Notes under the pieces: model-generated
What the model saw: only the letters and a program-made list of their open reading frames with translations
What the model was told of the DNA's origin: nothing
Databases searched by the model: none
Source: Mobiluncus curtisii subsp. curtisii ATCC 35241
Lineage (GTDB): Bacteria; Actinomycetota; Actinomycetes; Actinomycetales; Actinomycetaceae
Length of the DNA stretch: 64,000 nt
Assembly: GCF_000146285.1 (NCBI RefSeq)
Contig: NZ_GL385912.1
Coordinates: 1,222,336-1,286,335 of the forward strand
Direction of reading: 5' to 3'
In this document: positions 40,267-49,776 of the stretch, piece after piece
Layout of the letters: each line of letters begins with the position of its first letter
How positions within the stretch are numbered: position 1 is the stretch's first letter
Program-made: the position numbers and the translations under genes

Positions 40267-42033
40267 ATGGATAATTCAACGGGAGCTATCGACATAATTC
40301 GAACAAATTTCCGCCTCAGCGCCAACTCTCAAAATCACAGCAGGAGTATCAGCTGGGCAGCTCGGATCATCAGCGGCATTGCGCAGGGGGTAGGCTTACT
40401 TGCGCTGATTCAGCTCGCAAATACCTGGGCTAGCAGACAGGAAGAAACCGCCAATAACGCTAACCCCTGGATCTTAACCCTGCTCGTCACGGCGATTATC
40501 GGAGCGATTAGTATCTACATACGAGATAGATTCTCCTACGAAGGCGCTTTTTCGGTGATGCGCTCTGTCCATCGCCGCGTCGGGGATCAGCTGGCAAAAC
40601 TGCCCCTGGGATGGTTCTCCACCGACACTACCGGACGTTTGTCCCGTCTAGGGGCAGCTACTGTCAATGAGCTCGGAAACCTGAGTGCCCATTTGCTCAC
40701 GGAACTATCCGCCGCCACCGTCACTTTGCTGACGCTGCTTGCTGGTTTGCTCTGGTGGTACCCCATCCTGGGCTCAATTTTTGCGTTATGCCTAATCTGT
40801 TACCTGATCCTGATGTGGGCATTAACCTACCTAGACAGTGCCGCCAACGCCTACGCGGCCCCGGCGGCTACTGAACTAGCTGATCGAATCGTAGAATTTT
40901 CTACCTGCCAAGCCATGCTCCGTGCATGTGACCAGACAATTTACCCCCAAATGGCCACGGCTTTAGCAGAAAATCGCCGCAGATGCACTCGCCGACTGTG
41001 GGTAGAATGCATCGGGAATTTCCTCGGCGGCATTGCCTCGCAAACAATTTGCGTGATAATGATTATTTCCAGTGTTCATCTTGCTTTTACTGGAAGCCTT
41101 GCTCCCCTGGCAGTGGTGGCAGTTATTGGGATAAGCCTGGAAATCACTCATTACCTTTCCACGATTTCTGATTGTCGAACAGGACTACTGGCGGTTGGCC
41201 CGACAATGGCGACTATCAACGAAGTATTGGATGCGCGCCCTCTGCCCGAGCCGGAAACTTCGCTACCTCAACCCCTACCCCACCAAGTTGAGCTTCAAGA
41301 GGTTGATTTTTCTTACGGGAACGATAAACAGGTGCTCAACAAAGTCAGCTTCACCGTCGCTCCCCACACTATGACCGCGCTTGTTGGCCCTTCGGGCGCC
41401 GGTAAAACCACTATTGCCCGCTTGATTTGTCGTTTTTGGGACGTACAGTCGGGTGCGGTACTCGTTGGAAATCGCGATGTTCGAGAATTAACTACTGAAG
41501 ATTTAATGAGTCAGATTTCAATGGTTTTCCAAGATGTCTATCTTTTCGATGACACTTTGGAAGCCAATATCCGTATCGGTAACTCCAATGCGAGCAAAGA
41601 GGCTCTACTAAATGCGGCAGAACTAGCAGGTGTCAACGATATTGTCAGCCGACTTCCCGATGGTTGGAATACAAACGTAGGTGAAGGTGGCTGCGCATTA
41701 TCAGGAGGGGAACGCCAACGGGTTTCGATTGCTCGCGCTATTTTAAAAAATGCTCCGATTGTGCTCTTCGATGAAGCTACCAGCGCTTTGGATGCCGAGA
41801 ACGAAGCAAACCTGCTGCGCTCTTTCGAAGTATTACGCCGCCAATCCACCATGTTGGTAATCGCGCATAAACTCCACACGATTACTCAAGCTGACCAGAT
41901 TGTGGTTCTAGACAATCAGGGACAAGTGGCTCAGATCGGTACCCACAATGAACTTGTAAGCTGCCAGGGGATTTACCGAGAATTTTGGGATGAGCGTCAA
42001 GCGGCCTCTGGATGGCAAATAGCTGCTGAGTAG
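40267..42033 (+). CDS. ABC exporter-fold half transporter, heterodimer partner
   Basis: ATG 40267 after GGAGGA, 4 nt after upstream stop; 'GPSGAGKTT', 'LSGGERQR', 'LFDEATSALD'. Confidence 0.85.
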   Translation: MDNSTGAIDIIRTNFRLSANSQNHSRSISWAARIISGIAQGVGLLALIQLANTWASRQEETANNANPWILTLLVTAIIGAISIYIRDRFSYEGAFSVMRSVHRRVGDQLAKLPLGWFSTDTTGRLSRLGAATVNELGNLSAHLLTELSAATVTLLTLLAGLLWWYPILGSIFALCLICYLILMWALTYLDSAANAYAAPAATELADRIVEFSTCQAMLRACDQTIYPQMATALAENRRRCTRRLWVECIGNFLGGIASQTICVIMIISSVHLAFTGSLAPLAVVAVIGISLEITHYLSTISDCRTGLLAVGPTMATINEVLDARPLPEPETSLPQPLPHQVELQEVDFSYGNDKQVLNKVSFTVAPHTMTALVGPSGAGKTTIARLICRFWDVQSGAVLVGNRDVRELTTEDLMSQISMVFQDVYLFDDTLEANIRIGNSNASKEALLNAAELAGVNDIVSRLPDGWNTNVGEGGCALSGGERQRVSIARAILKNAPIVLFDEATSALDAENEANLLRSFEVLRRQSTMLVIAHKLHTITQADQIVVLDNQGQVAQIGTHNELVSCQGIYREFWDERQAASGWQIAAE

Positions 42034-42117
42034 TACGGAATCAGTTGGATTAAACACGAACCTTAAAACTTAAAGACGTAGTGGCTGGAGTATATTCACT
42101 AGAATTTACCAACGATA

Positions 42118-43164
42118 TTATTCCTGCTGGGGTTTAGTACTATTTCTGCTGGAGTTTAGCGGGATAAGTGTTTCGTGAGGTAACAGGCGAATAGCTGAGG
42201 ATGGGTAGCGTGCCGCTGGTGGTCTGTGAAGCGTACTGAATTTTGTTCCGCTTCTTATACGGGGGTCAGTTCTCTGACCCGGTGTTGATTTATAGTTTGT
42301 GATTAGTTCCTCGGGGGTGGAATAGTTCAGGGATTCGTGAAGGTGGGTATTGTTCCACCAGTGAACCCAGTTCATGGTGGCGAACTCGACCTCGGACAGG
42401 GTTTCCCAGGTTTGCGAATAGATAAGTTCGGTCTTATATAAACCATTTACGGTCTCTGCCAGGGCGTTATCGTAGGAGTCTCCCACGGTTGCGGTAGAAG
42501 GTTTTATACCGTAATCAGTTAGTTTGTCGTTATAGGCAATGGAGGTGTACTGGCTACCGTGATCGCAATGATGCACCAGGCCTGCAAGATTGTCTCTTGC
42601 TAGGGCTGTTGCCTGCTCGAGTGCTTGCAGGGACAGTACCTCGGTTTTCATTGATGACCGGGTAGCCCAGCCCACAATCTTGCGTGAATACACATCGGTT
42701 ACGAACGCTGTATAAACAAAACCAGAAAGAGCACGAACGTAGGTAATATCTGCTACCCACAACCTGTTAGGTCTATCTGCTCTACACTGGCGATTAACTA
42801 GATTAGGGCGTGCATCAGGGACCTTAGAAGGACGGGTAGTAACTGGTCTACGCCCCCTACGCGCCCCGCAAATCCCGACCAGACGCATCAATCTGCCAGT
42901 CTGTTCCCGCCCGATATCCCATCCAGTCCGGCGCATAGCACGCCAGATTTTACGAATCCCGTAAACACGGTAATTCTGGTCGAAAATCTTTACGATTTCC
43001 TCGATTAACAAGGCATCTCTCAATTGCCTAGCACACACTTTTCGGGTCTTTGCCGCCCGGTAACCACGTGGCGTGATAAAGCCCCCAACCGTGTGTTCTC
43101 TCATAACCCGGCAAATACGCTCGACCGAGAAACAATCACGATACTGGTCAATAAACGCAATCAT
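42118..43164 (-). CDS. IS3 transposase OrfB (DDE/rve integrase core)
   Basis: 348 aa; D,D,E triad context 'WVADITYV', 'HHCDHGSQYTS', 'DSYDNALAE'. Confidence 0.85.
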   Translation of the reverse strand: MIAFIDQYRDCFSVERICRVMREHTVGGFITPRGYRAAKTRKVCARQLRDALLIEEIVKIFDQNYRVYGIRKIWRAMRRTGWDIGREQTGRLMRLVGICGARRGRRPVTTRPSKVPDARPNLVNRQCRADRPNRLWVADITYVRALSGFVYTAFVTDVYSRKIVGWATRSSMKTEVLSLQALEQATALARDNLAGLVHHCDHGSQYTSIAYNDKLTDYGIKPSTATVGDSYDNALAETVNGLYKTELIYSQTWETLSEVEFATMNWVHWWNNTHLHESLNYSTPEELITNYKSTPGQRTDPRIRSGTKFSTLHRPPAARYPSSAIRLLPHETLIPLNSSRNSTKPQQE

Positions 43165-43482
43165 TTCATCCCGGGATGGTCGAGCTCTTTGGCGAAAAAA
43201 GCCGATGCGAGCTTCAAAATCTCGTTCGTACGTTTAAGCTCCGCGTTTTCCCTACGCAACCGCCTTATCTCGGCAGACTCCTCCCGACTAACCCCCGGGT
43301 CTTTCTCCCCGGTCTATCTCGGCTTGAACAACCCAGCGACGCAATGATTCACGACTCACACCAAGCTTTAACCCGATATCACTAATAACCGCCCATCTCG
43401 AAACCCCAGAACCGTCTCGAAGCCAGTCAAACACCAACCCAACAGCACAATCCCTAAACTCCCGCGAATACTTCCAAGGCAT
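43165..43482 (-). pseudogene. IS3 transposase OrfA, interrupted by +1 G in a G-run
   Basis: reading stops at 43288 after '...EIDRGERPGG'; the leucine-zipper continuation 'SREESAEIRRLRREN...' is in the next frame. Confidence 0.6.
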
Positions 43483-43612
43483 GAAACAACCCTCACAAAA
43501 AACAAAAAACCTAGGAACAAAACCCAGGACGCTTCAAACCTTTTTGCCACCAAGCTGTGTTGAACGTGTAGACACGGTTAATATCTCGTACTTATATGCA
43601 GGTATCTTAGCG

Positions 43613-44887
43613 TTACCCCAGCAAGGCGAGGGGGACGATGGCAATGCCGTCGGGGCGGCGGAATGCGAACTGTCCGGTGGTGATTACGATGCGCTCGACC
43701 AGACGTTTTCCGAGTTGTTTACCCAGCCAGTGCAGGTGCTTCAGGTCGTTTTCACTCACGGTGGTGGCTAGTTTGACCTCGAATGCAATGACTTTCCCAT
43801 CGTAGCGCTCCAAAATCAGGTCGATTTCGTGTTCCCCAGCGCGGGTGCGCAAGTGGTAGCACTTGGCTTCAACGGCTTGTCCGGCCGCACGCACAGTTAA
43901 AGTAGCCAGTGCCTCAAAGAGCTGCCCGAAGGTCTCCATACTGCCGGGTTTGCCGCTGAGCAGTGTTTCGGGTGTGGTTCCCGTCAGAGCAGCGGCGATA
44001 CCGGGGTCGAACAATTGATGCTTGGGACTGAAGGTGAGTCGTTTCAGAGACGTGCCAGTTGGTGCCCAACCAGGTACCGGATCGAGAATCCACAGTTGGG
44101 TCAACAGCTCGCGAATATTCTGGGTGGTGCTTTTCGCGGGTTTATCGGGCTCTCCGGGACTGCTGGCATCCAAAATGGCAGAGTAGCTGGCGGTGGTTGA
44201 GGACGCAGCTGCGTAGGCACTCATCCAGGCTCTAAGACTTTGGGGTTTACGCATCAACACGCCTTGTTCAGGGATATCGTGGTCGATAATGCGCTGAATA
44301 TAGCCATCTATCAAAATCCGTCGGGCGCGTGGGGAGGCGCGGAAAATCTGGGGCATCCCGGTCTCACAGATAGCCTTGGCATAATCCGGGAGTCCAAAAT
44401 TGGTTTCCCCAGATATTTCCGCGTCACCTGAGAACAAGCGGCTAATGGACACGCTGGGGCTGGTGCTGGGACGCTCGGCCAGGCTCAAGGGGCGCAGTCG
44501 CAGCGAAGCGATACGTCCCGCTCCGCTATGTGTGTCCACCCCGGAAACGGGCGTGGCGCTGCCGGTTAGCAGGAACCTGTTGGGTGTCTGTTGATCCACG
44601 AGGCGGCGTACCGCGTCCCACACGGGTGGGTATTTCTGCCATTCATCTATGCAGGTTGTTGCGTATTTAGTGAGCTGGTTTACGGTATCGGCGGCGATGA
44701 GTTGTCCCATCTCGGGACTATCCAAGGCCAGTACATGCTCCACCCACCGCTGTGCGGTTTCGGTTTTCCCTACGCCCTTGGCGCCGTCAATCGCAATCGC
44801 GGGCAGCTGCGTGAATAATTCCCGTAGTTCTTCGTCTAAATACCGGGGTATATAGTCTTCGGGAGCGCCAGGAATTTTCGTGAGCAT
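43613..44887 (-). CDS. AAA-type ATPase with DUF4143-like C-terminal domain
   Basis: 'AIAIDGAKGVGKTE' Walker A; last five codons 'LALLG*' are supplied by the IS3 terminus. Confidence 0.65.
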   Translation of the reverse strand: MLTKIPGAPEDYIPRYLDEELRELFTQLPAIAIDGAKGVGKTETAQRWVEHVLALDSPEMGQLIAADTVNQLTKYATTCIDEWQKYPPVWDAVRRLVDQQTPNRFLLTGSATPVSGVDTHSGAGRIASLRLRPLSLAERPSTSPSVSISRLFSGDAEISGETNFGLPDYAKAICETGMPQIFRASPRARRILIDGYIQRIIDHDIPEQGVLMRKPQSLRAWMSAYAAASSTTASYSAILDASSPGEPDKPAKSTTQNIRELLTQLWILDPVPGWAPTGTSLKRLTFSPKHQLFDPGIAAALTGTTPETLLSGKPGSMETFGQLFEALATLTVRAAGQAVEAKCYHLRTRAGEHEIDLILERYDGKVIAFEVKLATTVSENDLKHLHWLGKQLGKRLVERIVITTGQFAFRRPDGIAIVPLALLG

Positions 44888-44905
44888 ATCGACATTTTAT
44901 CAGTC

Positions 44906-45016
44906 TATCGGTCGTTTTGCCGAGGACTTATCGGTCGTTTTGCCGAGGACTTATCGGTCGTTTTGCCGAGGACTTATCGGTCGTTTTGCCGAGGACTTAT
45001 CGGTCGTTTTGCCGAG
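44906..45016. repeat. 23-bp perfect tandem repeat, 4.8 copies
   Basis: unit 'tatcggtcgttttgccgaggact' x4 plus 19-nt partial, in divergent promoter region. Confidence 0.9.
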
Positions 45017-45173
45017 CTGCCACCAAGTTCTTCGCCAAGATCGCGCTCCTGTTTTATTGCCGTAACGGCCTAAATCGTTGGTTTGCGTGAGAGAATAGAC
45101 CTGATATCGAAGGTTTCCTTGTCGGCGTAGTTGAGGCACCTTTGCGTACAATCCAAGTAGAAGGCCCACGTTC

Positions 45174-47012
45174 ATGAATCGTAAATTTGTCGCAGCATTA
45201 TCCTGTCTGGCTTTAGCAGGTACGGGTGTGGGGATAGCGCAAGCCGCCCCGAAGACGGATAGTATCGGCGGTATTGACCGTTACGATACGGCGGTACAGA
45301 TAGCGGCTCGTACTTTCACGGGTCACCAGGACACGGTTTATATCGCCCGTGGCGATTTGCCTGTAGATGCCCTGGTGGCGGGTCAGCTTACCGATGGTCC
45401 GGTCTTGTTGTCCCCTCTCGGTCAGGTAAACCCCCGCACCCTTCAAGCCCTGCAGGGGTATTCCCCTAAAGAAATCATTTTCCTGGGCAAAGCCTTCCCC
45501 GCTTCTACTATCAACACTTATAAGACTTCCGGCGCCCAGGCGTGGGTTATGGGTGGGAAAGACCGTCAGGAAACTTCGGCTTTGATAGCCGGACGTGCTT
45601 TCAATGGTAAGTCGTTGTATCACTTGTATGTGGCTGCCCCTGATGGGATAGACGCGGTAGCTTCCGGCGCTTTGACTGACGCACCTATCGTCTTGGCTTA
45701 CCCTGACGGGCGCGTTCCTAGCGTGGCAGGGCTTCCCGCCGACATGGCACGGGTTTGTATCGGTGCAGCCTGTAACTATGTGTCTGCTAAGGAACGTGTG
45801 CAGGGTAAAGACCGTTTCGAGACGGCTGAACTGTTAGCGAAGCGGGCTTTCCCTAACGGTTTCACAAGGGCGTATGTGGGGCGTTCGGATAACTTTATTG
45901 ACGCCGTGGTCGGCGGTACTTTGACTGATGCCCCGATTCTTTTAGTACACCCCTCTGGGCAGGGTAATGACCGTATCAACGCTTTGAACCTCGCCCACGT
46001 GACTTTCCTAGGCGGACCCGGAGCCTTACCCGATAACGTCCTTACCTTAAAACCACAACCCAAACCTACTAGCGGTCTCGGCTTACCTTGGGCAGGCAAA
46101 ATCAACCCGCTCTTCGCAGGTACTGGAGCATTCGGACCGTTTGTGTTTTCTGAGTATGTTGAGGCTTATTCCTGGACACAAATCGCTGGTTTATACGGCT
46201 GGTCTGCTAACTTATCAGCAGAGGACGCAGTCGCTAAGTTACAGACCCAGGGTATTGTGGCGTCCCGTAGCGTTACTAATGAGAATTGGACGGTACAATC
46301 AGTAATCTTCGATAAGAACTGGCGGTTTACGCCTGATAAACTTTATTCTAAAGGTTACTGTAATGGTAAAGAAGTCTTTTCGAAAGGTCCGACTGATGTA
46401 GTTACTTGTCCGGACGGTTCAAAGTCAACGCTTTATCCTTATGGGAATATTTGGAAGCCTACTCAGGCTGAGTTAGAGAAAGCGCGTCACGATTATAATA
46501 CTATTTTCCGTCCGATTGCTGAGAAAGCGGCTGAGAATAGGACAGAGGAACTGTTTGCTAAAGAGAATCCAGGTGTAGATTTTAATTCTAAGACACCTTC
46601 TGGTCTCGAAGAAGGTAAGTTACGTATGCGTCGTTGGTTGAACAATCTTACCCCTAAAGATTGGGATTCTCTTCCTGGGGAAACAAGGGAAGAGATGCGT
46701 AGGCGTATTCATGCAAAGGGAGGCCCCTCCTTTAATCTGGCAATGACTAATATGAGATTATCAGATTTGTCAGATGCTGACGCAGCTACACAATTTGGGA
46801 TTAAGTTAGCAGAAATGTGGCATGGTTCCAGCGGGCATTGGAGGACTATAGTTGCTGAAATGAAGTATGGCGGCGGTGTTACCGTTGCATTGCAAGACTT
46901 TGACGCGGTGTTCCCTGAAAGAGGTTTAGATAATCTTACTCCTGATGAGGGTATCTATGGTATTTCTGCGAGTCAATCAGGATTTAAACCTTTATCTGAG
47001 TGGTCTAATTGA
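45174..47012 (+). CDS. secreted protein: signal peptide, three CWB2-type cell-wall-binding repeats, unassigned C-terminal domain
   Basis: 'GIDRYDTAVQIA...VYIARGDLPVDALVAGQLTDGPVLL', 'GKDRQETSALIA...', 'GKDRFETAELLA...DAVVGGTLTDAPILL'; 3' third of gene is AT-rich. Confidence 0.65.
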   Translation: MNRKFVAALSCLALAGTGVGIAQAAPKTDSIGGIDRYDTAVQIAARTFTGHQDTVYIARGDLPVDALVAGQLTDGPVLLSPLGQVNPRTLQALQGYSPKEIIFLGKAFPASTINTYKTSGAQAWVMGGKDRQETSALIAGRAFNGKSLYHLYVAAPDGIDAVASGALTDAPIVLAYPDGRVPSVAGLPADMARVCIGAACNYVSAKERVQGKDRFETAELLAKRAFPNGFTRAYVGRSDNFIDAVVGGTLTDAPILLVHPSGQGNDRINALNLAHVTFLGGPGALPDNVLTLKPQPKPTSGLGLPWAGKINPLFAGTGAFGPFVFSEYVEAYSWTQIAGLYGWSANLSAEDAVAKLQTQGIVASRSVTNENWTVQSVIFDKNWRFTPDKLYSKGYCNGKEVFSKGPTDVVTCPDGSKSTLYPYGNIWKPTQAELEKARHDYNTIFRPIAEKAAENRTEELFAKENPGVDFNSKTPSGLEEGKLRMRRWLNNLTPKDWDSLPGETREEMRRRIHAKGGPSFNLAMTNMRLSDLSDADAATQFGIKLAEMWHGSSGHWRTIVAEMKYGGGVTVALQDFDAVFPERGLDNLTPDEGIYGISASQSGFKPLSEWSN

Positions 47013-47079
47013 TAAGTTAGTGTATTTGTTTTGATACTATCCGTGTTGCTGTTTACTACTAAAATTTCATACCGCATTA

Positions 47080-47130
47080 CTCCCCTATCTCCCTATTCGG
47101 GTTGATAGGGGAGTTTTATTTGCTTTTTTA
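47080..47130 (+). terminator. rho-independent terminator
   Basis: 'ctcccctatc'..'gataggggag' 10-bp stem + 'ttttatttgctttttt'. Confidence 0.6.
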
Positions 47131-47203
47131 CTTGTTTGTCCATCACGGTCAAACGAGTAAGGAGATAACTATGAGTTATTTGAGAAGTGCAGCGTCCGTT
47201 GCA

Positions 47204-47860
47204 CTAGGTTTCTAGTATAAAACGCACATCATCTGCAAGGGTTTTACCTTCCCACTGTTTAATCCCACCGAAACCTGGATGAAGCGGATGTCCCTTTTTA
47301 CTGAGAAACGCTTGTACATTCTGATTAGTAATTGTCTCATGCAGCCATTTCTTTACGAAGGGCAGAACGTCTTTCTTCCAAGGGAATCTGCTGCTTGGAC
47401 AACCCCACATAAGATGCACTGTATGTGATTCTTTAACAATAAGTTTTATTACCTCCCGCGTAACCCAGTAGGAGTCTTGAATTTCCTTTTTCCCAGCCTC
47501 ATCACTCCATGTTGGAAGTTTTTTGCTGCTTGTTTTACTTTTTTCGCTCTGCCCAATCAGCGGAATCAAGTTAATGATTGTCATCTGACAATAATTACCA
47601 ATTTTAAAGTCGTCGTAATTCAAAATCCTTTCGGTAGTAGGGTCTCCGCCCTCTGTCCTGGGCGCGAAATTGGCCGCAGTGGATGGGTTCATCCCAATAA
47701 AGACCAAATTTTCGTTCCTCGCAGGCGTCGCAGAGCTGACGGGTGTTCGCAAGAACCACCGTTGACCTTCATCCTCAGGATGTTGAGGAAATACCGAGTC
47801 ACCCCTTAGCCAAGCTTCCTTAAATTCCTCAACCGTACGAGAATCACATTTCTGAACCAT
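47204..47860 (-). CDS. DUF1643-like protein (UDG-like fold family), tentative
   Basis: 'FIGMNPSTA...GGDPTTERI' and 'HPLHPG' motifs; about 42% GC. Confidence 0.45.
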   Translation of the reverse strand: MVQKCDSRTVEEFKEAWLRGDSVFPQHPEDEGQRWFLRTPVSSATPARNENLVFIGMNPSTAANFAPRTEGGDPTTERILNYDDFKIGNYCQMTIINLIPLIGQSEKSKTSSKKLPTWSDEAGKKEIQDSYWVTREVIKLIVKESHTVHLMWGCPSSRFPWKKDVLPFVKKWLHETITNQNVQAFLSKKGHPLHPGFGGIKQWEGKTLADDVRFILET

Positions 47861-48016
47861 GCATAAATTCTACATAAAAGCAGGATTATTTTGGCGATTC
47901 CTCGACATATTCCGACCTCTCAGACCAACTCCCAACCCTGCAGTTTTCACCTGGCTACAACCCCTGAGCGAGACGACGTGTTCTTCCAGGCAGTAAACCC
48001 CTTCAGAAAGCAACCG

Positions 48017-49522
48017 CTAGCGAGCCCGACGCTTTCGCCAATGTCCGCTAACTGTCACCCCGTCATTGCGCACATATGCGTTAACCCAAACATCGCCAGA
48101 ACTGCCTGACACCCCGCTTGCTATTCCGTCACTAGAAACAGACAAGCTACCTGTAGCGCTCGGCTGTCCCGGAAATACCCCACTTGTGGCAATCTGCGAT
48201 GACCAGTTTTTCCCCTCTTGCGTAGTGGCTTTCCCAAGAGTGAAAGATCGTTTTCCACCAATCCACGATTTCGCGCCTAGCTGCCTGAGCTTATCGACCA
48301 TACCTTTCACATTGGAACCGGAAACAATATCTCGATGAGCCCGCAGAGAATCCGACAAAGCATCCGGCAACGACTCCACTACCCTTCTGACCTCAACAAT
48401 AACTCGATCAGGATTCAAGCCAGCAGTTCTCGCGAAACGCTCCCATCTGTAAGGCGAAACATCCTCAAAACGGTTAGCGCGACCTATCGGCATCGCCAGC
48501 CTGACTGTATCTAACGGGCGAAAGTCGAGATTACCTATATAGGGAATATAGGAGGTGACATCATATGCGGGGGCAAGTTCAACCCTGCCATCTGGATATT
48601 CGAGGAGGGAAAAATTTTTTCCATGCGCATCAGGAGCCACTATAGCCACGTTAAAAGCCAACTGGCGCACAAATTCGAGTGCCTGATCCTCACCCGCTAC
48701 GGCTTTGATGAGTTTCGCTGATGTTGTGGCATCGGGTCCTTTTTCTTGCGAATACTTGTAGGCAGGATCTATCCGTAATACTTGGCATAAATCTTCTTGG
48801 TGTATCCTCCTGATGCCAGTCTCTGTGTTTTCACGGTCAAAACGTTCGATTACGCTGACGCGTACACCGCCTACAGTTTCGATAGTCTCTTTCGCCGCCC
48901 TGATACCGATGCGGTTCATGGTATCCAAGCAGATAGTTTCGTTGATGTCAGAATCCGGGAAACTGTTTCTGATTTCAGGCTTGAGGATATGACTGGAAGG
49001 GAATCTTCCGAAGGGCAGGGCCCATTTACCGTCTGGCAAGCGGTGAAGGGCGGTTTTCTTTTGTGCGCCAGCCAGCGAGAATTTGCCGGGAGTGTCCAGT
49101 TTTTTGCCGCTGCGAACAGCCCAGAACCCCACCCGATGGGCTACGGCTTCCATCAGCGCTTTGAGGTCTTGTTCATCTAGCGGTACGGCCTTGCCGTCCA
49201 GGTTCGGACTTTTCCCTTCCGGCAGGAGCTGTATCGCGCCGGGGAGGTCTTGTCCTACCGCCCCCAGCAGCGATAGCGGGTCTCGAGGGTTTACGCCGTA
49301 GTCTCGCCCCCATTCCTGACGGGTGTGTTCGTTTTCTGGAAGTAGTCCCTTTAGGTAAGGCAGAGCGTTTACATTTGTGTTGTCTTTCGCGATTCCCAAG
49401 GATACTGGTTGCCCGTCCCAATCGGGATCGTATTCAAATTTGGCTTGGTTTTTGTCGCGGTAGAATCTGCCAATTTTTTTCCCGTTAAGGTAGGCGTCTA
49501 GCGTGTGGTACGTGGTGCTCAT
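48017..49522 (-). CDS. hipA: HipA-family serine/threonine kinase toxin with about 70-aa Ser/Gly-rich C-terminal extension
   Basis: HipA N-terminal and kinase core, conserved Asp in 'VIERFDR'; extra tail '...GSLSVSSDGIASGVSGSSGDVWVNAYVRNDGVTVSGHWRKRRAR'. Confidence 0.75.
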   Translation of the reverse strand: MSTTYHTLDAYLNGKKIGRFYRDKNQAKFEYDPDWDGQPVSLGIAKDNTNVNALPYLKGLLPENEHTRQEWGRDYGVNPRDPLSLLGAVGQDLPGAIQLLPEGKSPNLDGKAVPLDEQDLKALMEAVAHRVGFWAVRSGKKLDTPGKFSLAGAQKKTALHRLPDGKWALPFGRFPSSHILKPEIRNSFPDSDINETICLDTMNRIGIRAAKETIETVGGVRVSVIERFDRENTETGIRRIHQEDLCQVLRIDPAYKYSQEKGPDATTSAKLIKAVAGEDQALEFVRQLAFNVAIVAPDAHGKNFSLLEYPDGRVELAPAYDVTSYIPYIGNLDFRPLDTVRLAMPIGRANRFEDVSPYRWERFARTAGLNPDRVIVEVRRVVESLPDALSDSLRAHRDIVSGSNVKGMVDKLRQLGAKSWIGGKRSFTLGKATTQEGKNWSSQIATSGVFPGQPSATGSLSVSSDGIASGVSGSSGDVWVNAYVRNDGVTVSGHWRKRRAR

Positions 49523-49776
49523 TTGGGATTTCCTTCAAGGATAGTGGGCAGCGGTACCCCTACGGCTTGCGCGGCTTTCAGAGCTGTGTCCAGTCGCACG
49601 TTGGGGTTGCCGGCTTCGAGTCTCTTGATAGCCATGCGGGATACCCCGGCTTTTTCGGCAAGGTTTTCTTGGGTGTAGTCGAATATAACGCGGCGCATTC
49701 GGATGAGCTGGCCGAATTTTTCTGGCGTGTCTACAGGCGTCTCAACAATCTCCATATCCATATCTGAATGATACAT
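49519..49776 (-). CDS. hipB: XRE-family HTH antitoxin (HipB-like)
   Basis: 'LAEKAGVSRMAIKRLEAG' HTH; 4-nt overlap with hipA start. Confidence 0.7.
   Translation of the reverse strand: MYHSDMDMEIVETPVDTPEKFGQLIRMRRVIFDYTQENLAEKAGVSRMAIKRLEAGNPNVRLDTALKAAQAVGVPLPTILEGNPK

Larger units (their letters stand above)
42100..43630 (-). mobile_element. IS3-family insertion sequence, near-complete copy
   Basis: orfA (HTH, leucine zipper 'LRRENAELKRTNEILKLASAFFAKE') and orfB (DDE) with T-TTT-TTC slippery site; terminal 'tgctggggt'/'accccagca' inverted ends. Confidence 0.8.

Noticed and set aside
44880-45175. 61-aa (+) and 74-aa (-) ORFs spanning the 23-bp repeat
   Set aside because: periodic translation of the VNTR ('GRFAEDLSVVLP' reiterated); not genes
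47171-47215. 14-codon ORF (MSYLRSAASVALGF) with a strong AGGAGA SD
   Set aside because: sits between a terminator and the convergent DUF1643 gene end, overlapping its last codons; too short and context unfavourable
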